Positions 38,516-47,863 of a stretch of 64,000 nucleotides of DNA are shown here, one piece after another (the first letter of the stretch is position 1; every line of letters starts with the position of its first letter). The notes beneath the pieces were generated by a model. The model was not told the origin of the DNA and ran no database searches. It saw nothing but the letters and a program-made list of their open reading frames with translations. The position numbers and the translations under genes are program-made. Source of the DNA: Minisyncoccota bacterium. Its GTDB lineage: Bacteria > Patescibacteriota > Minisyncoccia > Phycocordibacterales > UBA9973. Location: assembly GCA_041664465.1 (NCBI GenBank), contig JBAYKP010000002.1, positions 21,190-85,189 of the forward strand, in the 5' to 3' direction.

Positions 38516-39547
38516 TTATACCCCGCACCCTTGTTGTTTTTGTTGTTGCGGAGCTTGAGCAGGTGCTCCTCCGACATCGCATCCACCTCCTTTTTGTTGC
38601 GTACTTTCAGGCTGTGTAACTTGTGTTTTTATATTTGCAAATCCTTGGCTACTTGAATAATCTGCCCCAAGTATTTCTTGTGCATTTATATTTTTCCATT
38701 CTACCCCCTTACTCTTCATGTAAGTTGCTATTGTTACATATGTATCAGGGAACCAGTATGAATTGACAGTTAAGGCTGTGCTCCACATCTCTTGTTCACT
38801 TGCACCTTGTGAAGCCATTAATTCTAATAGTCCAAGCATTGCCATTCCGTGGTTGCAATCAGGAAAATGAACTGAGTTTCCACAGCAAGGTCTATATATA
38901 CCACGAGATACTTTGTCTACAAGAGCTTGTTGCTCTGGTGTTAAGTTAAAGAATACGTGTTTACTGTAGTGATCCATTGCTCCACCTTTGGCAATAGTCC
39001 AACCTCCAGTTGAAGCAAAGTTTCCTGCTCCACCATATTTAGGATCCATCATTTCTCCTTTCTCTAATATTTCATTCTTATTAGCCAAGCCAAGTGCCCA
39101 GAATAGATTGAGTAAATATCCCGAATTTTCATTGGTTATTTTTATTTTACCGTTACCTATTCCTTCAAGTAATCTTTTATCTTCATCTGTTAATTGACCT
39201 CTATCTTTATAGAGAGCTTTGAATTTGTCTGCATCGATTGCTCCAGATTCAGTCAACTTTACTCCAAGGTCTCCCCATTTAACATTTAGTGTTACTCCTT
39301 TAGCAGGAATTACTTTTTGTTCTAGGGCGGATACTTGGACTTCTTCTTTGGTTGATGAAGGGGTGCCTTTATTTGTTGCATAGACTAAAGATCCCCCGAT
39401 AATAATGGCCGCTAATAATATACTCCCAGGTAGTATATAATTTTTTTCTTTTTTATCAGAAATTATTTCTTCTTTTGGAAGTTCTTCTAATATTATTATT
39501 TCTTCTTCTTTCAATTCTTCAACTTCATTATTTTCTTCGTTTTTCAT
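38516..39547 (-). CDS. Membrane-anchored hypothetical protein with PCC...DCNHGM motif
   Basis: One TM; YRPCCGNSVHFPDCNHGMA; C-term GC motifs. Confidence 0.75.
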   Translation of the reverse strand: MKNEENNEVEELKEEEIIILEELPKEEIISDKKEKNYILPGSILLAAIIIGGSLVYATNKGTPSSTKEEVQVSALEQKVIPAKGVTLNVKWGDLGVKLTESGAIDADKFKALYKDRGQLTDEDKRLLEGIGNGKIKITNENSGYLLNLFWALGLANKNEILEKGEMMDPKYGGAGNFASTGGWTIAKGGAMDHYSKHVFFNLTPEQQALVDKVSRGIYRPCCGNSVHFPDCNHGMAMLGLLELMASQGASEQEMWSTALTVNSYWFPDTYVTIATYMKSKGVEWKNINAQEILGADYSSSQGFANIKTQVTQPESTQQKGGGCDVGGAPAQAPQQQKQQGCGV

Positions 39548-39549
39548 AA

Positions 39550-40044
39550 TTATTCATTACAGCAATTAGCGAGTTTACTAATGATATCTTCTAGGTTTGA
39601 ACTCGTTTTTGCGGTATCTTTTATTAATTGACCATCTATTAATTTTAACTTTAGAGCCCAAAAGATTGAATATACTTTATAAGCTCTTTCAAACATCTTC
39701 TTTGCTTCATCTTTTTTATTTTCAGATTGAAACTTATTTCCGACCTCTATAAGCCTCATTGTGGAGGAAAGTAAATGTTTTGATATGCACCATGTTTCCC
39801 CTTCGTGATTTGGCATTAATTCTTTCAGTAATTCTTTTCTTAAGCTTCTTATTTCTTCTGCTGTGTCAAAATATTCATCTTTTTTAATTTTTACCCCTGT
39901 GAAGAAGAAGTGTTCTTCTAGACTGATTAAATTCATAACTGCTAAACTTAAATCCTCCGTGGTAGAAAGATCTACCCCTGCTTTATCTTTAAGCGATTCT
40001 ATTTTCTCAAGGAATTCATTTAGTGTTGGTATTGTTTTTTCCAT
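39550..40044 (-). CDS. Helical hypothetical protein
   Basis: EEH, WCISKH, C-term CCNE. Confidence 0.7.
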   Translation of the reverse strand: MEKTIPTLNEFLEKIESLKDKAGVDLSTTEDLSLAVMNLISLEEHFFFTGVKIKKDEYFDTAEEIRSLRKELLKELMPNHEGETWCISKHLLSSTMRLIEVGNKFQSENKKDEAKKMFERAYKVYSIFWALKLKLIDGQLIKDTAKTSSNLEDIISKLANCCNE

Positions 40045-40048
40045 AAAT

Positions 40049-40828
40049 TTATATAAAGAAGATTAAGATACCGATAATAATCATTGCGAGACCAGCCCAG
40101 AATTTAAACCCTTTCATATTTGTCTTTTTCCATTCCGAAACCTTATCCACCATAGTTCTATTAGCTGTTACAAAGAGAACGGCAACTAAAGGCACAATAA
40201 GAATTAGATTGTAAAGCATTAAATAGCTTGAACCCATTAAGTATGTTACTTGATCTTTTAGAAGCCCTATGACCATCAAGTACGGGCCACCCATACAAGG
40301 GAACTGGCATATACCTACTAAGAGCCCAAGACCGAATGCTGCAGGAAATGAAGCCTTTTCCATTAGGCGACCCATAGCCGTATGAGAGATAGACGGAATT
40401 TTAAACTTGATAGGAAACTTCGGAAACAACTGACTTAAAATATTTATTAATCCAAATATAATAAGTAGTGATGCTCCAAGTTTACCCATGAAGTGGGGAG
40501 TGTTGAAGAGGTGTAGGACTTTTAGAATCCCTAAGCCAATCAGTAAATAAGCGACAAAGATTCCGGCGATATATGTGCCACCTATTTGAAGAATTTTCTT
40601 TCTAGTTAATTGCATCCCAAATAGGAAAGCGATTGTAATTAGAAGAATTGAGAACGAGCAAGGGTGCACACTATCAAGCAATGCCGCGACTAATACAAGT
40701 GGTAGAAGCCAAGTACCACTATTGCTTAAATTCCATATGAATGCAGCCGTACCCGTGCTCTGTTTCAAGAACACTATTCCTAAAATAGCGATGATTAAAA
40801 CAATTGATATTATTATTATTTTTTTCAT
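40049..40828 (-). CDS. Second CcdA-like membrane protein
   Basis: DSVHPCSF, CQFPCMGGPY, YNLIL..PL. Confidence 0.8.
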   Translation of the reverse strand: MKKIIIISIVLIIAILGIVFLKQSTGTAAFIWNLSNSGTWLLPLVLVAALLDSVHPCSFSILLITIAFLFGMQLTRKKILQIGGTYIAGIFVAYLLIGLGILKVLHLFNTPHFMGKLGASLLIIFGLINILSQLFPKFPIKFKIPSISHTAMGRLMEKASFPAAFGLGLLVGICQFPCMGGPYLMVIGLLKDQVTYLMGSSYLMLYNLILIVPLVAVLFVTANRTMVDKVSEWKKTNMKGFKFWAGLAMIIIGILIFFI

Positions 40829-40834
40829 AAGTAT

Positions 40835-41326
40835 TTAAGGTGTTACTGTTGCTTTAATTTCAATACTAATATCTTTACCATTTTCATCAACCAGTGTGAT
40901 AAACCTATCTATAAATCCTACACCAGCGGGGCCATGAGCATTAGGATCATAAACAACTTCTAGATTGCTAGTACCCCTTGCTTTTATAGTTTCATTGGCA
41001 GGAGGGAGATATCCATGACCTGACATTCCAAATGGTCCTTTTTTAGTACCATCAGGGCTAATAATGAATGCATTAGTACACATACAAGAAGTAGAGACAG
41101 AAGAAAGAAGAATATCTTTATCTGTAGGGTTTGTAATGGTGAAATTTTTAGTTACATTTCCATCTTTCATAGAAATCGTACCAAAATTATAAACACTTTC
41201 TGATGTCGTTAGAGCACTTTGTTCCCCTGTACTTTGTACTGGAGCTTTTTGATTTTTACTACCCCACCATATAAGGCCTATGATGGCTAAAATAATAAGG
41301 AGGGTAATTGTAATAGTTTTTTTCAT
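40835..41326 (-). CDS. DUF1573-like Ig-fold protein
   Basis: YNFGTI...FTITN...TSCMCT...VYDP. Confidence 0.8.
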   Translation of the reverse strand: MKKTITITLLIILAIIGLIWWGSKNQKAPVQSTGEQSALTTSESVYNFGTISMKDGNVTKNFTITNPTDKDILLSSVSTSCMCTNAFIISPDGTKKGPFGMSGHGYLPPANETIKARGTSNLEVVYDPNAHGPAGVGFIDRFITLVDENGKDISIEIKATVTP

Positions 41327-41425
41327 TTTATTTAAGTTTAATTTAATTAATAAAAACACAAGAAAAAAGCCTTGCGGTTTTTATTTATCAAAAATGACCA
41401 AACTGAAATTGATAAACCCGCAAAA

Positions 41426-41869
41426 CTATATATTTGCTAGTTTGTATTTTTTTGTATTAAGAATTCCACTAGAGAAAATTTCTCCTAGATAATTGAAAAG
41501 ATTTATTTGTGGATGTTCTTTTATATAAAGTTTAAATTTAAGATAAATTTGCCGAGAATATAGAGATAAATAATTTCTTGCAAAAACAAATATTACAAAT
41601 AGTAATACAAATGATACAAGGGAGCTTGTTGTGTTAAGAATATTTTGGGGCATTAAAGTGAACATTTCGTTCCAAACAGTGACATGCTCAGAGAAGTTCA
41701 TAGCACACCCATTATTTTCACTACCCAAAAGACAACTATTTTTAGCTCCTTCAAATTTCATTCCATTCATATGATAAACAAGCCCCAAAGTACTAATCCA
41801 CAATAAAGAAACTATGCTTATTATAAGCATTATTTTCCCGAATTTTTTATTGTTTAATGTGGAATTCAT
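41426..41869 (-). CDS. Hypothetical membrane protein
   Basis: Two TM segments with a Cys/Met/His loop. Confidence 0.6.
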   Translation of the reverse strand: MNSTLNNKKFGKIMLIISIVSLLWISTLGLVYHMNGMKFEGAKNSCLLGSENNGCAMNFSEHVTVWNEMFTLMPQNILNTTSSLVSFVLLFVIFVFARNYLSLYSRQIYLKFKLYIKEHPQINLFNYLGEIFSSGILNTKKYKLANI

Positions 41870-41900
41870 ATATATTACTATATTAACACAATTTTTATTG

Positions 41901-44135
41901 TTAAACTATATTTTTTTTCTTAAGCCAAAGTGAATTTCCGACGACGGAAATAGAACTCGTTGCCATCGCTACTGATGCGAAAATAGGATTGAGGAGGATG
42001 TGGAAAAGAGGGTAGAGAGCTCCCATAGCTACGGGGATTAATATAACATTATATCCGAATGCCCAGAAAAGATTTTGGCGGATAGTTCGCATAGTTTTCT
42101 TGGATAAGACAATCGCTGCCGCAACGGACCTCAAATCTTTATTGATAAGAGTAATATCAGCGGCTTCTATCGCTACATCAGTTCCACTCCCCATTGCAAT
42201 CCCTACGTCAGCAGCAGCGAGAGCAGGGGCGTCATTGATACCATCTCCTACCATTGCTACAACTTTACCTTCTGCTTGTATTTTTCGTACCTCTTTTTCT
42301 TTTTGATCAGGGAGAACTTCTGCAAGGATTCTAGCAATGCCTAACTTTTGACCTATTGCATTGGCAGTTCTTTGATTATCTCCTGTGATCATTACAGTCT
42401 CAATGCCAAGCTTTTGCAATGCTATTAATCCTTCACGAGCACTTTCTTTTATGATATCAGCAACAGCAATGAATCCAATAAGTTTATTTTCTCGCCCTAT
42501 CATCATCACAGTCTTACCATTGTTTTCCATTTCGGTTATTCCACTAAGAGCACTACTTATATCAATGCCTTCTTTGTCCATCAATCTCTTATTACCGAAA
42601 ACAATTCTTTTACCATCTATAAAGCCTTCAACTCCGTGTCCAGGAATTGCTTGGAATTTTTCTACTTTTATTAGTATGAGTTTTTCTTCTTCTGCTTTTT
42701 TTACAATTGCTTCTGCAAGAGAATGCTCGGAACCTTTCTCTATAGAACCCGCAAGTTTTAATAGCTCGTCACTAGATATTGTTTTATCTATTGAAACAAT
42801 GTCTGTAACTTCTGGTTCTCCTTTTGTGAGAGTTCCTGTCTTATCAAAAATAATTGTATTGATTTTATGAGCTATTTCTAGACTCTCAGCATCTTTTATA
42901 AGGATACCGTGCTCTGCACCTTTACCTGTACCTACCATAATTGCCGTCGGAGTAGCGAGGCCCATAGCGCAAGGACAAGCAATTATAAGAACAGCAACAG
43001 TGTTTAATATTGCAAATAATAAAGTAGGTGCAGGCCCAAATATATACCAGATTGCGAAAGTAAGTATAGCAAGCATTATTACAACTGGTACGAAATATGA
43101 AGATACTAAATCAGCCAAGCGCTGGATAGGTGCTTTACTTCCTTGGGCTTCTTGAACCAGTTTTATGATCTGAGCGAGCATTGTCTCGCCTCCTATTTTT
43201 GTAGCTTTGAAAGTGAAAGTGCCGGTTTTGTTCATTGTTGCGCCTACGACTACGTCGCCTTTTGTCTTATCTGTGGGGATACTTTCCCCCGTAATCATAG
43301 ATTCATCGATAGAAGATTCTCCTTCTATAATAATTCCATCTACAGGAATTTTCTCGCCTGGTCTTACTCGTATAATATCTCCAATGATTACTTCACTTAT
43401 AGGTAAGTCTATCTCTTTCCCGTCGCGCATTACACGAGCAGTCTTGGCTTGAAGTCCGATAAGCTTTTTAATAGCTTCCGAAGTTCCAGCTTTAGCCTTT
43501 GCTTCAAAATAGCGCCCTAATAATATAAGACCAATGATAATTACTGTCGTATCAAAATAAGGCATTGGCTCAATGCCTATCTTTTGTACAAGATGAGGGA
43601 ACAAAATTACAAAAACAGAATACGCATATGCGACAGTTGTACCTATGACTACGAGTGTATCCATGTTTGCAGTCCTGTGCTTGATAGCTGAGAGAGCAGC
43701 ACGGTAGAAAGTAAAGCCAGCCCAGAATTGTACGGGAGTAGCGAGGATGAATTGAACCCAGAAATTTCTCAAAATCATAGGTGAAGTTTCCATAAGTCCT
43801 GGGAAAGCTCCCCATAAAATCAAAGCTCCTAGACCAAGACTTATTATAACTTTAGTGCGTAAACTACGAAGATCTTTTAATTTTTCTTTTTGTTCCTCAT
43901 CTTCTGTTTTTACTTCTTCGTCTAAAAGGGCAATGTATCCGACGTTAGAAATAGCACTAGATAGCTTTTCATCTGTTACTTTACTTGGATCGTATGTTAC
44001 TGTCGCTTTCTCTGTCGCTAAGTTTACTATGGCACTAGAAATACCATCTACTTTTTTAAGTGAGCCTTCTATTATTGCCACGCATGAAGCGCAATGTATT
44101 CCTTTTATTGCAAATGTTTTTTTATTTTGTTCCAT
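41901..44135 (-). CDS. copA: Copper-translocating P1B-type ATPase
   Basis: [35 protein letters not shown]. Confidence 0.96.
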   Translation of the reverse strand: MEQNKKTFAIKGIHCASCVAIIEGSLKKVDGISSAIVNLATEKATVTYDPSKVTDEKLSSAISNVGYIALLDEEVKTEDEEQKEKLKDLRSLRTKVIISLGLGALILWGAFPGLMETSPMILRNFWVQFILATPVQFWAGFTFYRAALSAIKHRTANMDTLVVIGTTVAYAYSVFVILFPHLVQKIGIEPMPYFDTTVIIIGLILLGRYFEAKAKAGTSEAIKKLIGLQAKTARVMRDGKEIDLPISEVIIGDIIRVRPGEKIPVDGIIIEGESSIDESMITGESIPTDKTKGDVVVGATMNKTGTFTFKATKIGGETMLAQIIKLVQEAQGSKAPIQRLADLVSSYFVPVVIMLAILTFAIWYIFGPAPTLLFAILNTVAVLIIACPCAMGLATPTAIMVGTGKGAEHGILIKDAESLEIAHKINTIIFDKTGTLTKGEPEVTDIVSIDKTISSDELLKLAGSIEKGSEHSLAEAIVKKAEEEKLILIKVEKFQAIPGHGVEGFIDGKRIVFGNKRLMDKEGIDISSALSGITEMENNGKTVMMIGRENKLIGFIAVADIIKESAREGLIALQKLGIETVMITGDNQRTANAIGQKLGIARILAEVLPDQKEKEVRKIQAEGKVVAMVGDGINDAPALAAADVGIAMGSGTDVAIEAADITLINKDLRSVAAAIVLSKKTMRTIRQNLFWAFGYNVILIPVAMGALYPLFHILLNPIFASVAMATSSISVVGNSLWLKKKNIV

Positions 44136-44139
44136 ATAA

Positions 44140-44499
44140 TTATTTTACTATTATTTTCCCGTGATACATGCCCATACCACAAGTGTATGTAAATTCACCA
44201 CTCTTAACAGGGGATAGGTCTATCTCGACTTTCTGATTAAGTGGTAGTTGTTTGCGAATTTTAAAATCTCCTAGAACTATTTCTTCTAGACATGCAGTTG
44301 GATCCTTGCGAATAAAAGTAAGCTTGGTTGTTTTGCCTTTTGGTATTGATATAACTTCTGGGGTATATCCACCATCCACAATGATATCTACAGAGCCTGA
44401 GACTTCTACTTCCTTATCTTTCTTACCAAGAAAAAACCAATAGGTGAAACCTATTCCCAAAATACTTATTACTATAACCATTATTTGATCTATATTCAT
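44140..44499 (-). CDS. CupA-like cupredoxin copper chaperone
   Basis: N-term TM, GGYTP, AC...TCGMGM. Confidence 0.85.
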   Translation of the reverse strand: MNIDQIMVIVISILGIGFTYWFFLGKKDKEVEVSGSVDIIVDGGYTPEVISIPKGKTTKLTFIRKDPTACLEEIVLGDFKIRKQLPLNQKVEIDLSPVKSGEFTYTCGMGMYHGKIIVK

Positions 44500-44517
44500 A
44501 TATTTTTATTAAATTAA

Positions 44518-44781
44518 TTATTTTCTCTTAAGCCCATAAACTTTTAATATTTCCTCCGTGGCCTTTTTGGTTTGCCCTTTTTGTATTTGGTGTACTAGAC
44601 AGGTACCTAGGTGACCTTCCATTAGGGCATCTTCCACTCCTGAGAGAGCTTGCTTCACGGCGGAGGTCTGGGTGATGATATCAATGCAGTAAATTCCTTT
44701 CTCGACCATCTCTTGTAAGCCTCGTACTTGCCCTTCAATAATTTTCAAACGCTTTATTAGTTTTTGATTATTTGTATTCAT
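44518..44781 (-). CDS. csoR: CsoR/RcnR family metal-sensing repressor
   Basis: RLKIIEGQVRGL...YCIDI..Q...HLGTC; true start is ATG 44781. Confidence 0.92.
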   Translation of the reverse strand: MNTNNQKLIKRLKIIEGQVRGLQEMVEKGIYCIDIITQTSAVKQALSGVEDALMEGHLGTCLVHQIQKGQTKKATEEILKVYGLKRK

Positions 44782-44788
44782 ATAAAAC

Positions 44789-44817
44789 ATCTTATACCCT
44801 AGGGGGGTATAAGTCAA
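44789..44817 (-). promoter_or_regulatory. csoR-copA promoter with CsoR-type operator (leaderless)
   Basis: TTGACT-TATACCCCCCTAGGGTA-TAAGAT, ATG 7 nt downstream. Confidence 0.85.
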
Positions 44818-44880
44818 GAGGGAGGGTAGGAAGATGGTGAGTAAAGGAAATTCAAATATTTTGTGGTAATATATGAGTAT

Positions 44881-45327
44881 ATGGCAACATATATAGACAA
44901 CAGAAAAGCACACTTTAACTATGCAGTGGAGGAAACTTTCGAAGCCGGGATAGAACTCCAAGGTTTTGAAGTGAAATCTATCAAGAATGGACATGGAACT
45001 ATCAATTCTAGTTTCGTCATAGTGCGAGGTGGTGAAGCATACATCGTAGGTATGCATATTCCTCCGTACCAGCCTAACAATACAGACCCTGGCTATGATC
45101 CAGACAGGACGAGACGCCTTCTTTTGTCTAAAAAGGAGATAAAGAAGCTAGCAGATAAAGACAGTACCAAAGGATTGACTCTCATCCCCCTCTCGTTGTA
45201 TAGTAAGGGTCGCTACATAAAAGTATCTATTGCGGTAGCTCGTGGAAAGAGAGTTTTCGACAAAAGAGAAACTATCAAGAAACGAGAAACGGATAGAGAA
45301 ATAAGTAGAGAGTATAAAGTTCGTTGA
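44881..45327 (+). CDS. smpB: SsrA-binding protein
   Basis: NRKAHFNY...EAGIELQGFEVKSI, RTRRLLL, DKRETIK. Confidence 0.97.
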   Translation: MATYIDNRKAHFNYAVEETFEAGIELQGFEVKSIKNGHGTINSSFVIVRGGEAYIVGMHIPPYQPNNTDPGYDPDRTRRLLLSKKEIKKLADKDSTKGLTLIPLSLYSKGRYIKVSIAVARGKRVFDKRETIKKRETDREISREYKVR

Positions 45328-45331
45328 AAAT

Positions 45332-45729
45332 GGGGATGATCGGCTTCGACAAGAGGACTCATCTTATATATGCATGTAAAGTACTCAGGAATCTTTTAAA
45401 ACTTCTTGGAAAAGACTAAGTGCAAACAAAGTCGCCAAAGCGGTAGTTTCACCTTACACTTTTGTGTTTGGTAACTCACCTGCTTTCGCCCTCGCCTAAT
45501 TTAGGTCTGGACGATGTCTGCTCTCTCTACATCCGATACAGAGGTTGGGCATAATTTATCGGGTTACGATTTTACAACAGCTTGATGTAAAGTCCGACAA
45601 TTTAAAGCTCGTTATTTATCTTTCTTGTGTGCTCTCTAGGATAAATGGTTAAAACAAAATGAACATACTAAACATGTAGATTTCTATAAGATCTCCCTTT
45701 GCACGCGGGTTCGATTCCCGCCATCTCCA
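45332..45729 (+). ncRNA. ssrA: tmRNA
   Basis: GGGGATG...CATCTCCA acceptor with G3:U, TTCGAC, T-arm GCGGGTTCGATTCCCGC; tag ORF ends AFALA*; directly after smpB. Confidence 0.95.
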
Positions 45730-45814
45730 CACTCAAATAAAAAACACTCTAAATAAATGAGTGTTTTTTATTTACCTTTATTTTTATCCATTCTGCGTGT
45801 ATAATGCACTAACT

Positions 45815-47701
45815 ATGAAGCCCAACACAACAAACAAGCCAAATCAACCCAAAATACCCAATATTATGAATCAGATAATTATTGCAGTATTTATTTTTAT
45901 TAGTATTACCCTTATCTATACCCTTGTCGCCAAGAAGCCAGAAGATGTCAGAAAGATGGCGATTTCTGATGTGGCTAAAAGTGTCCAAGATGGCACAGTG
46001 GAGAAGATTGTAGTTTCTGGGGGAGATGTCAATATTGCTTTCAAAGACAAGACTAATGGCGTAGCAAAGAAAGAATTAGAAAGTTCACTGTCTACCACTT
46101 TATATAATTACGGAGTGACTCCGGCACAATTGTCTGGAACTCCGATTGAGATTAAAACTGAGTCAGGTTTCTGGTATACCATTTTGAATTTATTGCCATT
46201 TTTATTGCCAGTCTTTTTAATTGTATTTTTTATTTGGATGCTTACTCGCCAAGTCAAAGGGCAGGGAATGCAAGCTTTCACTTTCGGACAATCCAAAGCC
46301 CGTATTACCGATCCAGATGACAAGAATAATAAAGTGACGTTCAAGGATGTCGCCGGTGCAAAAGAAGCGAAAGAAGAATTGAAAGAAATTGTAGACTTCT
46401 TGAAAAATCCTAAAAAGTTTTTAGATATTGGAGCAAGAATTCCTAAGGGAGTGCTTCTGACTGGGGCACCTGGAACAGGCAAGACTTTGCTTGCCAGAGC
46501 TGTCGCTGGAGAAGCGGCGGTGCCATTCTTTCATCTTTCAGGAAGTGAATTCGTAGAAATGTTCGTAGGTGTCGGAGCTTCTCGCGTGCGTGACTTATTC
46601 AAAATGGCGAAAAAGGCTGCCCCTTCAATAGTCTTTATCGATGAGATAGATGCTGTGGGGCGTGTGCGTGGTACAGGAGTGGGAGGGGGCAATGATGAAC
46701 GCGAACAAACTCTAAATCAAATACTTGTGGAGATGGACGGCTTTGAACCAAATGAAAAAGTGATAGTCATGGCTGCTACCAATAGAGGTGACGTGCTTGA
46801 CCCCGCACTCCTCCGTCCAGGAAGATTCGATAGACGAGTTCTTCTTGATCTACCAGATAGGAAAGATCGTGAAGAGATTTTGAAAATTCACTCGATTAAA
46901 AAACCTTTTGCTGAAGATGTGAATCTCAAAGTTATCGCTGAGCGTACGCCTGGATTCTCTGGTGCTGATTTATTCTCTATTATGAATGAAGGAGCAATAT
47001 TGGCAGCGAGAGAAGACAGGAAGAAGATTGCCCAATTTGACCTTGTTCGTTCTATTGAGAAAGTAATGATGGGTCCGGAGAGGAAGAGTCATTTGCTTTC
47101 CAAGAAAGAAAAAGAAATTACCGCTTACCACGAAGCAGGCCATGCTCTCATAGCATCAATGCTCCCTTATGCCGACCCAGTTCACAAAGTCTCTATTGTT
47201 TCTCGTGGAAGTGCTGGAGGATATACTTTGAAATTACCACTTGAAGAGAGAAGAATGCAAAGCAAAAAAGAATTCCTCGATGACATAGCTATGTCCTTGG
47301 GTGGTTATGTTGCAGAAGAAATGGTCTTTGGAGATATTACTACTGGACCGTCGAACGATTTACAAGTAGCGACAAGCTTGGCTCGTGCAATGGTCACACG
47401 CTTTGGAATGAGTACAGAGATAGGTCCGATAGCTCTTGAAAGTGATGGTGGGAGAACAATGTTCGGTAGAGGTGTGAACGACCAAGAATACTCTGAACGT
47501 GTCAGTGCTCTTATAGATAGTGAGGTTTCTAAAATAATGAATAATGCTTTTGCTGTCGCTCGCGATGTCCTGACAGATAAAAGAAAAGTATTAGATGCAA
47601 TAGCGCATAAACTTATAGAAGTAGAAACCCTAGAGCAAGCTGAATACAATGAACTCATAACAGCGAATGGAATAATACCTAAAAAGAAAATTAGTGAATA
47701 G
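45815..47701 (+). CDS. ftsH: ATP-dependent zinc metalloprotease FtsH
   Basis: Two [29 protein letters not shown]. Confidence 0.98.
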   Translation: MKPNTTNKPNQPKIPNIMNQIIIAVFIFISITLIYTLVAKKPEDVRKMAISDVAKSVQDGTVEKIVVSGGDVNIAFKDKTNGVAKKELESSLSTTLYNYGVTPAQLSGTPIEIKTESGFWYTILNLLPFLLPVFLIVFFIWMLTRQVKGQGMQAFTFGQSKARITDPDDKNNKVTFKDVAGAKEAKEELKEIVDFLKNPKKFLDIGARIPKGVLLTGAPGTGKTLLARAVAGEAAVPFFHLSGSEFVEMFVGVGASRVRDLFKMAKKAAPSIVFIDEIDAVGRVRGTGVGGGNDEREQTLNQILVEMDGFEPNEKVIVMAATNRGDVLDPALLRPGRFDRRVLLDLPDRKDREEILKIHSIKKPFAEDVNLKVIAERTPGFSGADLFSIMNEGAILAAREDRKKIAQFDLVRSIEKVMMGPERKSHLLSKKEKEITAYHEAGHALIASMLPYADPVHKVSIVSRGSAGGYTLKLPLEERRMQSKKEFLDDIAMSLGGYVAEEMVFGDITTGPSNDLQVATSLARAMVTRFGMSTEIGPIALESDGGRTMFGRGVNDQEYSERVSALIDSEVSKIMNNAFAVARDVLTDKRKVLDAIAHKLIEVETLEQAEYNELITANGIIPKKKISE

Positions 47702-47704
47702 TAA

Positions 47705-47743
47705 AACTGCCCAGATAGGGGTTAAACCCCTATCTGGGCAGTT
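47705..47743. repeat. Perfect 18-bp-stem hairpin
   Basis: AACTGCCCAGATAGGGGT-TAA-ACCCCTATCTGGGCAGTT. Confidence 0.9.
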
Positions 47744-47785
47744 GCTTATTAGACACTTTTTCGGTAATATATGAGTGTTGGATAT

Positions 47786-47858
47786 CCGCACTTAGCTCAG
47801 TTGGTAGAGCAATCCGCTTATACCGGATCGGTCCTAGGTTCAAGTCCTAGAGTGCGGA
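47786..47858 (+). tRNA. tRNA-Ile, anticodon TAT (UAU)
   Basis: CCGCACT/AGTGCGG acceptor, GCTC/GAGC D-stem, ATCCG-CT TAT AC-CGGAT, CTAGG-TTCAAGT-CCTAG; CCA not encoded. Confidence 0.92.
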
Positions 47859-47863
47859 CAATT

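Noticed and set aside
44782-45057. N-terminal extension of the CsoR ORF (179 aa call)
   Set aside because: It overlaps smpB on the other strand and the promoter/operator; the real start is ATG 44781.
32527-45729. Copper island as a tmRNA-integrated element
   Set aside because: The island lies upstream of smpB-ssrA, with no duplicated ssrA 3' end and no integrase seen.
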